A stretch of 64,000 nucleotides of DNA from Mustelus asterias (GCF_964213995.1 NC_135811.1:84258001-84322000); one strand, 5' to 3'; positions 12,195 through 26,282 are shown, counted from the first letter of the stretch. The notes: a model not told the origin generated them from the letters alone. Made by a program: numbers and translations.

Positions 12195-12450
12195 TTCAAT
12201 GTTTGTATGTGTGTGTGTGTACCCGTGCATGTATCTTTGTATTCATGTTTTACATTCGTTTGTCTCTCATTGCGTGTATGTTTCCATATGTCTGTGTCCC
12301 ACCGCATTTTTGCAAGAGTGCATCTATGCTTTAGTTCATGGCTTCCTCAGTTTGGATGTATTTTTGTATCTTTACTTGCATTCACATTTGTACATCTCTG
12401 TGTTCCTCAGAATCTTGGTATGTCCGTATGTAAATGCATATGTGGCTGTA
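12195..12450. repeat. Degenerate GT/AT-rich microsatellite
   Basis: TGTGTGTGTG core with decayed TGTA/TGCA/TGTC flanks. Confidence 0.6.
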
Positions 12451-12913
12451 GTGACCATCAGAACTGCCAACACATTTCTACGAACACATAATAAATCAGT
12501 GCTAACAGATCTTTCATGCATTCCTTGTACATAGTCTTTCACTTGGAACTCCGGTTCTAAAGCTTCCTGAAGTCTCAGAATAGCCTAACTGCAACAATTA
12601 GTGAATTTGCTGAAACAAAAAGTAATACAGCTAGCACAAGTTTAAAAATAGGATCACATCTTCCTGACATTGAAAGATCCAACATGGACAAACAGTAACA
12701 GACAGGAAAAGACCCTTTGGTCTATCCAGCGTATCCCACACAGGAGCGATACTTGGCGATTTCCAATCTTTACATTCTTTATCTCACTGAAAAGCCTGTG
12801 ATCTATTGAGAAAGAAGAAAAAACAGATTAAAAACAGACCAATTTGGGGAAAACTATCTGGAGAAATTCATCTTCAATAACATCAATCTTCAATTATAGT
12901 TAATCTTCAAAAA

Positions 12914-13218
12914 GGGTGGCACAGTGTTAGCACTGCTGCCTCACAGCGCCAGGGTCCCAGGTTCAATTCCGGCAGCGTCGGGTCACTGTTTGCACATTCT
13001 CCCCATGTCTGCGTGGGTTTCCTCCGGATGCTCCTGTTTCCTCCCACAGTCCAAAGATGTGCGGGTTAGGTTGATTGGCCAGGGTAAATTGACCCTAGTG
13101 TCAGGAGGATTAGCAGGGTAAATATGTGGGGTTATGGGAATAGGGCCTGGGTGGGATTGTAGTTGATACAGACTTGATGGGCCGAATGGCCACCTCCTGT
13201 ATTGTAGGGATTCTATGA
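12914..13218 (+). mobile_element. HE1 SINE (CR1 tail)
   Basis: Head GGTGGCACAGTGTTAGCACTG, tail GGCCGAATGGCCACCTCCTGTATTGTAGGGATTCTATG. Confidence 0.9.
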
Positions 13219-13660
13219 TCAACTGAACATGATTAAAGCTAACTCAGGATAAACAATGAAAATTTCAACATGTGTGTGGGTTGTCTTTTTTTGTGATCTT
13301 CAGGAAAGGCTTCCGGTTCGGCTACTCAACACTGGTACAGAGGCATTTAAAATCCATCTAATAATATTTTCAAGACTGTAATGGTTTTCAAGCAAAATTG
13401 AATTTGCTCTCTCAAACCCCTTCATCTCAACAATTTATATTGAAAATTAAAAAGGGAAGGATTTTTGACTTCTGCCTTAAAATGAAAAGGGTGGAAACTC
13501 CAGCCCTCTCTCTGCATCTTTCTCTCTCTTGCTCAGAGTTTGTCAGTGGGACCTATAACTCTAAAGAATAAAATATTGCAAAACTCAAGTCACCTTGCTG
13601 CAGGGTTATGATAATGTCCTGGAAAAAACATCCAATCCTACACACAGCTGCATTGACAAT

Positions 13661-13796
13661 GGGCGCAATCTTACCGACTGTTCATGCCACGCTCCCACTG
13701 CAGTGAGGTCAGAGAATTTGGCGGCAAGCCAAATCACCGTTCACTGCAGCGGGATGGGAAAATCCCACCAGCGTTAACGGTGGTAAGATTCCGGCC
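13661..13796. mobile_element. PIF/Harbinger-like MITE
   Basis: Imperfect TIRs GGGCGCAATCTTACC / GGTAAGATTCCGGCC; 3-bp TSD AAT. Confidence 0.7.
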
Positions 13797-14882
13797 AATG
13801 TGTTTTTTTCCACTATTACATAATTTAAAGGTCTCTGTTGACTGATGTTTTGAGATCCTGATTGAAGATGATTGAAGGTTGATTTGAAGATTCCCTGACC
13901 TGTCCATTGAATGGAGTTGGTTATTAATTACCAGCAGGAGTGAAACATTTGAGTCAGTTGGCATGGTTAACAGTTGGGATTTGTTTGATTCTCTCCCGAT
14001 TCCCTTTGTTGTGAAGACAGGTCACACTTTTGAAATATGACCCTCATTGCAAACTCTGCAAGATGCAACATTTTAATTATATAGTTACTAATAACAAGTG
14101 CAAGGATAGGAAAACAATCTCTTTGACAGCAAGTTATAGTGTACAGGGGACACAGCCAAATTATATTGCTTTGTTGTGGAATATTGTAAAAGAAGCAGGC
14201 CAATTAAAATATTGTAGAATGCTGAAAGTGCACAATACGAAATAAATGGCAATGAAATTGTAATGATGAAGCTCATGTGGACTGCAATGAGTCCTCTGAC
14301 TGAACAAATGTAAGTGAAGATTTTTAGTGCTTATTAATTGTGGTTTTATCACAAGTTAATTTCCCACAAACAAGCAATAAATTATTATGAAGCAGACATA
14401 GGAATAGCAAGGAATGGCAATAATCAACTTTGATCCCCATTGGCATGATTCTATCCAGGTATCCATTTGGTTTTCATATATCCATAATACCTAATAGATG
14501 AGGAGAGATTGAATAGAATGAGCCATGGCACATTCGAGTAGTCACCCTCTGTGCTGTAACCACTCGATAGTTCTACAGCCTCTGGAGTTTTGAAGAATGA
14601 CTGTGACATTGCAAGATATAAAATTCTTGGAGGTTTTGGCAGGATAGATATTGAAATGCTATTTTCCCAAGCTGGAGAGTTTAAGGCTAGGTTATACAGG
14701 CCTGGGATTTTGCAGTTATGGAAACACCATGGCATAGTTCCACAGTTTCAATAGCTGTTTGTTGACATAAATGTAAGTGCAATAATCATGCATTAGTAAT
14801 GCTTGATCTCCATCTTCAACCTATCATTATCATAGTAAGTGAACAGTTTAACTGACGGTTCAAAAGTTTATTAAAAGATTGT

Positions 14883-15008
14883 GGGTGCGATTTTTTGGCC
14901 GCACTCGCCCCCAAACAGGAAAGTCCCGCCTGAGGTCAACGGACATTTCCATGGTCCACTCTTCATCCACTATGATTCCCAGAGCAGGCAGAATGGGAAA
15001 ATTTGCCC
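14883..15008. mobile_element. PIF/Harbinger-like MITE
   Basis: Imperfect TIRs GGGTGCGATTTTT / GAAAATTTGCCC; internal GTCAACGGAC motif related to other copies. Confidence 0.55.
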
Positions 15009-15169
15009 TATCTGTCTTTAATGTAGGGTTATGAATATAACTGTGTTTTGATATGGGCATAAGTACTTGAGGGGGATTTAAATGTATTAAAAGGACATTA
15101 CTGAATGGAGTTTTTTAATATATGTTCTGGATAGGAGGGGTGCTAATTGAAATAGTACTAATTTCTTCT

Positions 15170-15970
15170 GGAAACATGGAAAATAGAAGCAGGAATAAGC
15201 CAATCAGCCCTTTGAGCTTGCTCCGCCATTCATTTTGATCATGACTGATCATATTCAATATCCTGATCCTACCTTCCTGCAATATCCCTTGATCCCTTTA
15301 GCCTCAAGAGCTTTATCTAATTTCTTCTTGCAATCACACACTGTTTTAGCCTCAACTAAATTCTGTGGTCATGAATTCCACGCATTCACCACCCTCTGGG
15401 TGAAGGAATTTCTCCTCACCTCACTTCTAAAAGGTTTACCCTTTATCCTCAAACTATGACCCCTAGTTCTGGACTCTCTCCCACGATCAGGAACATTCTT
15501 TTTGAATCTACCCTGTCTAGTCCTGTTAGAATTTTATAAGTTTTTATGAGATCCTCTCTTACTCTTCTAAACTTTAATGAAGATAATCCTAGCTGACTTA
15601 GTCTCTCCTCATAGGTCAGACCTGCCATCTCAGGAATCAGCCTGGTAAACTTTCGCTGTGCTCCCTCTATAACAAGAACATCCTTCCTTGGATAAGGACA
15701 CCAAAACTGCACACAATACTCCAGATGTGGTTTCACCAATGCCCAATTTGCAGCAAATTGTAGCAAAACATCCTTCTCCCTACACACAAATCCTCTTGCT
15801 ATGAAAGCCAGTACACCATTTGCCTTCTTTACTGACTGCTGTACCTACGTGCTTACTTTCAGTGACTGATGCACAAGGACACCAAGGTCTCACTGTGAAT
15901 CCACCTCTCCTAATTTACACCCGTTCAGATAATCTGCCTTCCTATATTTCCACTGAAGTGGATAACCTCT
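15170..15970 (-). mobile_element. CR1 LINE 3' fragment
   Basis: ORF 15449..15787(-) LVKPHLEYCVQFWCPY...YEERLSQLGL...DLIKTYKIL plus CR1 3' UTR. Confidence 0.9.
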
Positions 15971-17339
15971 TTTTTTAATGCATCTTACTACACATCCTTA
16001 AACAGAAAGGTGCTTTAATTTGCTTCCATAAGCGGTGGGATATTCCTTAACCCCTTAGTTTTGGAGTGATCCAATTCTCTATTGACATCCCACAGCAAAC
16101 TCGAGATAGGTTGAACTCAAAAAGCTAGTTTAGATGTACACACTCAAAATGAGGGAGGAGGGTCACAACAGTGCCTCCTTTGCATCCACTCAATAAAAGT
16201 GGGAAAAAAGAAGGATTTACAGTGCAGAGACCACAGAGAAAAGAAATCGTCTTCCACATGGGCTTCAGATTCCAGAATCAAAGTTCAATGAGGTCAGTGA
16301 GCTGAAAACCAATGCTGGATGATTCATTTTCCCTCTGGCGTTGACTTCAAATGATGAGATAGGCATGCAGATATGAATCATTCTCGAAGACAGTGATACA
16401 GAATATCCAGCAGAAGCAGTGTAGATGGAGCCAGGTGTCCAACCTGGGCCAGTGCTCCATGTCTATGAGGCTGCCAGTCAGACGATAAAAGGCAGACATA
16501 GTTTTGTAGTTCAGTAAGGCAATGTTTCCATTTCCCAAACCAGTGGCTCATGTCACATGTCTCCCACATCTCCATGCTATCTTTGACAAGGGATGGGTAT
16601 CCCTCATCTGGGACCTGAGACTGTTAAACGTCTCAACCATTAAGAATTGAAAGGAAGGGTGCAGTGCCCTTTGTCTTAGCAAATGAGCAGATTCTCTTTG
16701 GCCAGCCTGGTTTATGAAATGCAGATGGTTTGAATTTGGTTTGTGCAGCCCACAGGAAGTAATTAATGACTCTTAAGGGATAACGATGTGTGAGTTTTCC
16801 CGATACTGTCTGGTAGCATCTTTTGTTCGGTATCACAGGCATGGATTCAGCCAGTTGTCTAGTTTGAATTCTTTTTTAAGATAGCAATGAGCATATCTCT
16901 ATCTTTTATTAAAAGGTCTGTGGGGGTCATGTGTTGGCGCGAGTTGTCACGAGGTTGTCATGGGGCCACCTTTTAAGAGCCATTGGGATGAGTACATTCG
17001 GGATGTGGTGGTTATGAGCTGGCATGTCTGAGGCATGGGGATTGGTTGGGGGAAGTGTGAGAGGTGAGGACTAGAGGGATTAAAACATCAGCAAACGACT
17101 GGGACTAACTCCCAGAGAATTGGAGGTGGCTCTTATAAATAGCCCGCCTTGGCCCTCAGTAGCCCCCAAGGCCATTTCCAACCCCTCTCTATCCTGCACC
17201 TACCCTCACCCAGAACAAGGATTCTGCCATTTGGGACACTTTCTCCTGAGGCGGGCAGGATGAGCTGGGAAATTTCCTGACTCTAGCCTCCCAACTCGGG
17301 CCGTAATGTCAGGATGAGGGATTGGCTGTTTCGGACTGT

Positions 17340-17585
17340 GGTGAGGAAAAATCCATTCATTCAGAGGGTTGTTAAGCTCTGGAGTTCTCTACCCCAGAGG
17401 GCTATAGATGCTCAATCAACAAGACTGAGATTAGTAGATTTTGGACATTGAGGGAATTAAGGGATATAGAGAGGGTTGATTAAATGAATTCAATGTAGAA
17501 GTTAAGCCATGATTTTATTGAATGTCATTCCAGGCTTGAGGGGCTGTATGGCCAATTCATGCTGTTCGTTCACATGTTGTTATGA
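17340..17585 (+). mobile_element. Old CR1 3' remnant
   Basis: TTCAGAGGGTTGTTAAG...GGGAATTAAGGGATAT...AGCCATGAT CR1 3' motifs. Confidence 0.65.
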
Positions 17586-18477
17586 AGTGTCGGCCGAGAT
17601 TAATCGAAGAGCCTGTTGCACTTTCTTTAAACTGTTCCTCTTGTTTCTCTAGTCAGAGTTGAATTGGCAGAATGAACCTCGGGTAAAAATGGATGCATTG
17701 CCAGAAGCTACTGAGAAGCTTTCATAGAGTTGTATAAACATCACAAACTCTAATAACCACCAGCAAAATGTCACCTATTGCATTGCAGCATTTCTAACAA
17801 TGATGCTTCCTCTGAGCCTATGCTGCCATAGTTTGTGGGTGGATGGAGGAATTAATTAATGGTGACAGCCACAGAAGTAACATTGGAGGTCCTCATCATG
17901 GCTCAGATTTAGTAATAGATATAACAATTAAAATGATAGCACTTACTGTTATTATGGGATAAACGAGATAGTAACTACCACCATCTGCAAATGTGCAGTT
18001 AAATGCAGCTGTCAGGAAGTTGCTGTCTAGTTTACCCTTGTTTTTGACAACAGCTTTGTTATGCCAATGGTAAAACTTTCCATTTGTTTTGGGTGGGTTT
18101 GACAGTGAGAGTGGAAAATATCGTGCGAAGGCCTTTTGTCACTTTTATGTTGATGTAAATGAAGGATGTAATCGTCCCCTCCTGCTGTCAGTGGTGGACC
18201 ATATTTCCCATTTAACATCGGGAACCTCATTGTAATACATTATCGGGCTCATACGCTAGAATCATACTCCCACATCAAATAATGCACCCATGGCAGCGTG
18301 ATGTCAAAATGGCATGATGCATAATTGCTTTCAGAATGTGTTGCACCTGGTGAGCAGAACTCCAAGGGGAGCACAGAGGTCAGCACAGTGCTCTTGGAGC
18401 AATTCCGCATCTTCAGGGAGAGATGGGTTGAGTTGGGGGGATGGGGAGGGGTGGGGTGGAATGCTGGGGGTCATGCA

Positions 18478-18890
18478 CAAGCAGTGCCAGGGGGCAATGC
18501 CTGGCAACGTTTGGGGCAATGTCCAAACAGTACCAGGAGGCAAAGCTTGGGCAGTGCCAGGGGCAGTGTTGGGGGTCAGTACCAGGGTGTAGAGCCTGAG
18601 CAGTGCAAGAAGGCAGTGCCAGGGGGCAAAGTCTAGGCAGTGCCTGGGTAGTTTTGGGGCAATGTCCAAGCAGTGCCGGGGGCAAAGCCAGGGCAGTGTC
18701 AGGGTCAGTGATGGGGGTCAGTGCCAGGGTGTAGAACCTGGGCAGTGCAAGAAGGCAGTGCCAAGGGGCAAAGCCTAGGCAGTGCCAGGGGTAGTGCCTT
18801 GGTAGTTTTGGGGCAATGTCCAGGCAGTGCTGGGGGTCAGTGCCAAGGGGCAGGGCAAAGGTGCAGTGACAGGGGACAGTGCCCAGGCAT
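18478..18890. repeat. GGCAGTGCCAGG-type minisatellite with about 143-154 bp higher-order period
   Basis: Dozens of 11-13 bp units; marker GGGGCAATGTCC recurs at 18513, 18656 and 18810. Confidence 0.8.
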
Positions 18891-21099
18891 GACCTCTCTC
18901 TGGCAGGCCCTGCTTGCCAGATGCACGTCACGAGAGACCTGTTGTAATTCATGTTGGCATGCCTGAATGCTGACTTGAATGGGTTCTGTAATGGGGGGAT
19001 TATCAGGCCTAATAGCTAGATGTAAAGGTGTTGTAATGGGCCTCCCAATGGTCAAGATTCCCATTACATCATTGGCAGAGGGTGGGGGCAATCATAACAG
19101 GATATCCCACTGGTGTAAATCCAGTTTTGGGCCTCTTGCATTATTTTGCGCTCCTGTCGCCATTCTCGCCCATTGGGAATGTGAGGATAAATTCCCTTTT
19201 TGACCAGAGTGATGAGAACCATATGCAAAAAGCCTCATGCAGACACTTTTCTACTTGTCTCCACGAATCTCAAAACACTGTGGAGAGTCCATTGCTTTGG
19301 CAGCACAGAAATACTACCCAAATGATCCCTTGTCAGCCATGACCATTCACCAAGAAGGATGGGGGTTTGGAGTTGTGAATTGATTGCCCTCCACCAGCAG
19401 TGCCCCTTTGAGACATCCACCTCCCTCCCTCCCTCCCTTCCCTCCCTCCCTTCACCTCGCCTCTGACTGAAGCCAAAGGCTCAGAATGAACAGCAGCTCT
19501 ACACCTGGCTGGGATCTCTATACAATGTGAACAAACCTGCTGTAATGCAGGCTTCACCATGGAGAGGAAAACAGAACGGAGCAACTTTGACATCTAGTTG
19601 CCTCATAATTATTTAGGTGTCCCTTTTGTCAGCCACTTGTGCCCAAAAATACATTTCTTCCACCCCGAGGGATCTCACTGACTGACTTAAATAGTGCACA
19701 TGACCTTTTGTACTTGGTCCACCAAATCTTCCCCACCACCAAATACCCAATCCATTATCACCATTCCTCTCCGCTCTGTCGCCCCCTTACTCTGAAGCCT
19801 ATCACAATCCACTTTCACATGCCTTCCCTCACCTCCGAACCGACACTCTTTACTGTGTTCATGCCCACCCAGACTCTGTCCTTCTCTCGTTGTCTGAGCC
19901 ACCATTCTTGTCTCCATCCACGACCCACCCGTAGCCCTTTACCTACCAGACTTTCACCCTGGACATGACACCCTATCGTGTCCCACTCTCCCCTGTGACT
20001 GTAACTCTTCTCGCCTATCACCAGTACCCGAATTTCTCCCCTAGTGAACCCTACTGTTGACACCACTGGCCCCACCCTCTCAGACACCCTCCACCACCAC
20101 CTCCCCAGACAGTCTCCGGACCCTTCCTCGGACATTCCCCTCAACTTTCTCTGTAAGCCTGCCTCCCCGCCTTAGCCTTTGCTCCACCCTTCCACACTCG
20201 CGTCCCTCTCTTCCAGCTTATGCCTGCCTCCCCTGTCCAGCCTTGGAACAGTATTTGCTAACGGCACTCCAGTGAAGTTATGCGAGGTCTCCGAAAGGGA
20301 GAATGTGTCATCTACGGACTTCAAAATTGTGGATGAAACAAAGTTTGTTGAATGCATGCCACATGTATCTAGTTGGGAAGCAGGCCATCGTAATTATTCA
20401 CAGATGGGGCACAGAATTGGGAGGGGGAGCATATTCCATTGAGTGGATTATTTAATGAGCAATCATGAGGTGCGATTGATGTTCCCGACATGGTGAATTT
20501 TAACCTAAAGAAATGGGTGGATTGAGGTTAGGTGGGAACTTGAATCTGGGGCGATCATTTGCCCCACCCAAATCAACCTCCAACCTTCCCATTTTCAGCT
20601 TTAACTGATAGTGAGTTGGAACTCCAAATGTGATAATGAGGCTGCAATCTTCATTGGAATTCCGATTTTCAACTTTAATACTGCCAGCTGGATTTCTCCA
20701 GCTTCAGGGAATTTAGCCATACTGATGAGCCAAGGATATGGTGCCTTTACAACCACCTCCTGGATCGAGGTGCCTTCCTGAGGAGCCTCCACGATTGGTC
20801 ACCCTCCAATGACTTCTTTCCCCCAATTCCGAGGCCTCAGATCCCACCATGAGACTCCAATTCTGCTCTCCCGGGCTCAGAACTCTAAATTCAATCCCAT
20901 TCTTTCAAGGCATTACTGGCCCTATCCCAGGTCCTGTGGTTTTCACCCCCAGCGAGGCCTCTAACTCCCCACACTCCTACCTGCCTACAGCAACCCCCAC
21001 CCTCAGTGCACCCCCCTCCCCCCTCAAGACAAGGCCATTTGTCCTCTGGTATTCGTCCTAAAACCACTTTGATCACATGACCCCACTGGATTTTAAAAA

Positions 21100-21525
21100 A
21101 ATTCAGCCCAATGTTTTTGGTCAATGATCCTTCATCAGATTGGGTGTGCCTCCCATTTATACATGATTATATATGGAGATATTGGTCAGAATTTACCCAT
21201 TTTCTTGGCAGAGTGGCACAGTGGGTGGGAAAAATTGAATTTTCTGGCCCCCTCACAGCTGGTTTTCCCCTGCGCCAGATGTGGTGAGATATTGGCCGCT
21301 GCAATTCCGGTCCTGCCAAAGTCTATTGGCTTTTGCGTGGCTTCCCTGTCCTGCTGCCAGGAGAGGTCGGCTTCAATGGGACCGGAAGATCCTGCCGGCG
21401 GGAAGGGCTGGAAAATGCCGCCCATTAAATCTATTTCATTCCACAAATGCTGCTTGGGCCACTGATTATTTCCGGCATTTTCTGTCTTTATTTCAACTTT
21501 CCAGCATCCACAGTTTTTCATTTTC
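21100..21525. mobile_element. Degenerate Penelope-type pseudo-LTR (second family) interrupted by a MITE
   Basis: Minus-strand decayed hammerhead CTGATGAAGGATCATTGACCAAAAAC (about 21110-21138); downstream CCACAAATGCTGC...CCAGCATCCACAGT block shared with 37272-37422 and 61442-61636. Confidence 0.55.
21184..21423. mobile_element. PIF/Harbinger-like MITE
   Basis: TIRs GGTCAGAATTTACC / GGAAAATGCCGCCC; 3-bp TSD ATT. Confidence 0.7.
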
Positions 21526-21734
21526 ATATCAGTCTCCTACCTATATCTCTCAAGGCAAAACAGGGGGGAAAGGTGAAGGACTACTGGCAGTTATGTTGGA
21601 CTGGCAAGCAATTGATTGTGGTTGCAGAAAACCTATGTTTGGACAACACTTCTACCCTTCAGTAATTGTTAGGTGTTGTCATGTCATCCACCATTGTGAT
21701 GTGGTTGGATCCATTCTGTAGAGCATTAAATTCA

Positions 21735-22033
21735 TAGAATCATAGAATCTACAGTGCAGAAAGAGGCCATTCGGCCCATCGAACCCACATTGACAACAAT
21801 CCTATCCTATCCCCGTAATACCACATATTTACCTTCTTAGTCTCCCTGATGCTAAGGGTCAATTTAGCATGGCCAATCAACCTAACTCACACATCTTTGG
21901 ACTGCAGGAGGGAACCCACGCAGACATGGGGAGAATGTGCAAACTCCACACAGACAGTGACCCGAGGCCGGCATCGAACCCGGGTCCCTGGCGCTGTGAG
22001 GCAGCAGTGCTAGCCACTTTGCCACCGTGCTGC
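21735..22033 (-). mobile_element. HE1 SINE (CR1 tail)
   Basis: Head and tail motifs on minus strand. Confidence 0.9.
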
Positions 22034-22834
22034 CCTCTTCAGCACAGTGTCATCTCAATATGTCTCCCTCATTCACTGTCTACTCCATACATACGACATT
22101 TAGTGTCTCATCTGATATTGTTTGGGAAAAATGACTTCAACGTGGAGGTAAAAACAGAAAAGTCTAGTGTAACCGCGTCAAATTCCAGATGAACTCCTCC
22201 GTTCTTAGTTTTTCATTTTCAATGCTATATGGTTAGTATTTCTACCTCAGGAGACTTGAGCAAAATTTGTTGTTGAGTGTAACATAGCAGTATGTGTGCT
22301 CGTGTAGTTTTCACCTGATTTAGGAATTCTTTTGACCTGTGGCAGAGGATGTTTACAGTTTCAACATTTTCTACATTGACTTTTCAGATGAAAGACTGGT
22401 TCCAGTAAGCAGATTTCAATTGGATGATGAAATCTGAAAATAGTCATCATCATGTATTGTGTAAATAAACGATCAGAACCTTTCAATTAAAGTATATAAT
22501 TTGGAAAATGCTCTCACCTACCATTATTCCATGTACAAATCAGTCAAACCGGTAATTATAGCTTGTAAATAATTCTCAGACACTCATTATTCTATGTATG
22601 AACCATTTAAATCCCTTGATTAAATTCCAGCCTCAAATTCACTCATGGGTAACCAAGAATCCATTTGTTAAGCTCTCTGCATTCTTTAATTAGATTTTCA
22701 ATTCACTTCTGGGTGTTTGTTATTTTATGCATCTGAATCCATTCAACAAATTCTATCTTGTGACTCTCTGTTCAATGTTCAAATATATTCTCGATATAAA
22801 ATATCCGAATTTTATATCAGATAAAGGGCCTGAA

Positions 22835-23180
22835 GGGTGGCACGGTGGTTAGCACTGCTGTCTCATAGCTCCAGGGACCTGGGTTCGATTCCTGGCTTGG
22901 GTCACTGTCTGTGGAGAGTTTGCACGCTCTCTCTGAGTCTGCGTGGGTTTTCCTCCAGGTGCTCCGGTTTCCCCTCTCAGTGCAAAGATGTGCGGGTTAG
23001 GTAGATTGGTCATGCTAAATTGCCCCTTTGTGTCCTGGGATGCATAGGTTAGACGGATGAGCGGGGTAAATTAGCAGGGTGGGATTACGGGGATAGGGCA
23101 TGGGTGGGATTGTTGTCAGTGCAGACTTGATGGGCCGAATGGCCTCCTTCTGCACTGTAGTGTTTCTATGATTCTATGAT
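22835..23180 (+). mobile_element. HE1 SINE (CR1 tail)
   Basis: Full head-body-tail. Confidence 0.9.
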
Positions 23181-23569
23181 GATTTGTCAATGAGATTTTA
23201 ACCTCTCACCGAATGCATAAATAATCTAAAACTAATTATCAAATTTCTTTCCTGAACATGACTCATTATTACCATTTATTTCATCATCTTTTTGGGGGAT
23301 TTTTCATATCTGATTTGGAACATTTGAGACCACATTGAAATATCCTTTGCAGCTTCCTCTGTTATAGTGATCGAGTCATTTTAGCTGCATTTTCAGTTCA
23401 TTTCTTCCCGGCGACAAAAATTGGACTTGACTGTTTGTGGTGTTGACATGACAACACTTCCATGATGTCAGAACGGATTTGACTGCGGTGATTTCAATAA
23501 GGATAACGATTGAAATTATTACCAGAACGCCCAGTTTTCTGTTAGCTGCCTTTCATCCAAGCACCCAGC

Positions 23570-26270
23570 ATTAGCATAAGGAGTTGGCCATTTGGTCTTT
23601 CAAGCCTGTCCTGCCATTCGATAAGATCATGGTTGATCTGACTGTAACCTCCTGCCTACTCCCAATAACCTTTCACCCCCTTGTTTTCATCTACCGCTGC
23701 CTTGAAAACATGCAAAGGCTGCTTCACTACCCTCTGACATAAAATAATTCTTCTCATCTCCGTATTAAATGGGGACCCCATATTTTTAAACAGTAACCTC
23801 TCGTGCCAGATTTTCCATCAAGAGGAAATACCTCTCCACATCCACCCTGTCATGACTCCTCAGGATCTTATATATTTCAATCAAGTTGCCTCTTACTCTT
23901 CTAAACTCCAGTGGATACAAGCTTAGCCTGTACAATCTTGCCTCGTAAAACAACCTGCCCATTGCTGGTATTAGTTCAGTAAATCTTCTTTGAACTACTA
24001 ACACACTTCTATCATTCCTTAAATAAGGAGACCAATACTGTACACCCTGCTCTAGATGTTGTCTCACAGGCATCCTGTACAACTGAAGCATAAACTCCTT
24101 ACCTTTATATTCAATTCCCCTCGCAATAATTAGTTTACCTAATTACCCGCTGTACCTGCATACGAGCGTTTTCTGACTCATTCACTTGACCACTCAGGTC
24201 CCTCTGAATCTCAGACCTCGGCAATCTTTCACCATTTAGATAATATGTTTATTTTGTATTCTTTCAGCCAAAATGGACAATTTCACATTATGCTCCCTTT
24301 TCCCGATCTTTGTCCACTCACTTAACCTGTCTGTATCCCCTTGCGGCCTCCCTACGTCCACTTCAGAACTTATTTTCCTACCTATCTTTGTATCATCAGC
24401 AAAATTAGCCACCATACCTTTTGTCCCTTCATCCAAGTCATTTATATCAATTGTAAAATGTTGAGGCCACAGCGCTGACCCCTATGGCACATCACTCATT
24501 ACATCCCGCCAACCAGAAAAAGACCCATTTATGCCTACTCTTTGGCTAGCTAACAGGAAGCAATCTTCAATCTATGCCAATATGTCAGCCTTTCACAAAG
24601 TGTTTTTATTTTCCGTAACAACATTTGATGTGGCACCTAATCAAATCCTTCTGGAAATCTAAGTACAGAACATTCACCGTACCCCTCGATCCACAGCATA
24701 TGTGATTCCTTCAAAGGACTTCAAAAAATTGGTTAAACATGATCTCCCTTTCACAAAACAATATTAACTCTGCCTGATTGCCTTGAATTGTTCTAAGTGT
24801 CCTGCTATAACATCTTTATAATAGCTTCCAACATTTTTTCTTTGACATATTAAGCTAACTGGCCTGCAGTTTCCTGCTTTCTGTCTCCCTCCCTTTTTGA
24901 ATAACATTTGTTGTTTTCCAATCTAGTGGCACCTTCCCCAAATCCAAGGAACTTTGGAAAATTAAAACCAATGCATCAACTATCTCACTGGTCACTTCTT
25001 TTCAGACCCAAGGAGGAAGTCCATCAGGACTGGAGAATTTGTCAGCCCAAAGCCTCAATCATTTTCTAAATGTCACTCTCCTGGTGACTGTAATTTTCCT
25101 GAGTTCCTCCCTCCTTTGCTATTTCTGGAATGTTACTTGTATCCTCTATAGTGAAGACCAATGTAAGATATCTGATCAATTCACCTCTGATCTCTTTATT
25201 TTCCATTATTAATTCCTCGGCCTAACTTTCTGTCAACACTCCCTTTGTTATCGCTTTTCTTATTTAGAAACTTACTGTCTGTCTTTATATTTCTTATCAT
25301 CTTTCCTTCATACTCAAATTTTCCCTCCTTGTTAATCTTTTTGTCATTCTTTGCTATTCTTTATATTCTAGCAAATCCTCTGACCTGTCACTCATCTTTG
25401 CACAATTATACACTTTTTTGTCAAGTTTGATACTGTCTTTAACTTTTTTAGTTAACCATGGATGGTGGGTCCTCAATCTTGAAAATGTTCTATCTCATTG
25501 GACTGTATCTGTTCTGTGTATTCTGAAATATGCCTTTAAATGTCCACCACTATGTCTCTATTGTCATATCCCTCAGCCTCACTTACTAGTTCATTATACC
25601 TGGCCCTTATTTAATTTTAAAATACTAGTCTTGGATCCACTCTTCTCTTCTCTCAAATTGAATGTAAAATTCAATCATTACTATACTCACTGCTACTAAA
25701 GGATGCCTTCGCTATTAGGTTATCAATTAATCCTATCTTGTTGCACAATACCAGGTCTAGTATATCTTGCTCTCTGGTTGACTCCAGAATGTGATAGAAA
25801 CTATCCCAAGAATATTCGATGAATTTCTCATCTAGGCTACGTTTGCCCATTTGATTTTTCCTGTCTATACGCAATTTAAAATCCTCCATGATTATCACCG
25901 TAACTTTCTGACAATTTGCCATAATCTTTTTCTCTTTACTCTGTCCTACCATGAGGTTACATTCAGGGGGCCTGTACACTATTCCCATCGTGACTTCTAA
26001 TGTTTATCTTTTCTCATCTTTACCCACACCACTTCCTCTTTCTTGACCTTGTTTCATTTTTTCTAATGTGATAATGCCAACATTAATTAGCATATTTTTC
26101 TAGCTCCTGTCCTTCCTAAAAAATCACACACTTTACAATATTCAGGTGTCAATCTGTGTCATCCTGCAGCCATGTCTATGTAATGGCTATCAGACCATAC
26201 TTATTAAATTCTATTTCCACTATCAGTTCATCTGTTTTGTTTTGTTGTCAGATTAACATTCCTATGAACC
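23570..26270 (-). mobile_element. Old degenerate CR1 LINE (ORF2 endonuclease to 3' end)
   Basis: Minus-strand ORF fragments: GIVYRPP...ILDLVLCN (EN), FADDTKIG (RT), HLEQGVQYWSPY. Confidence 0.88.
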
Positions 26271-26282
26271 TTACTTGAGCTG

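Noticed and set aside
18478-18890. Repeat-spacer appearance suggesting a CRISPR array
   Set aside because: The spacers are themselves repeats, unit length is irregular, the context is vertebrate and there are no cas genes.
19640-20260. C/T-rich stretch with several overlapping ORFs
   Set aside because: Probably a decayed retroelement, but no diagnostic motif could be read; the ORFs reflect compositional bias.
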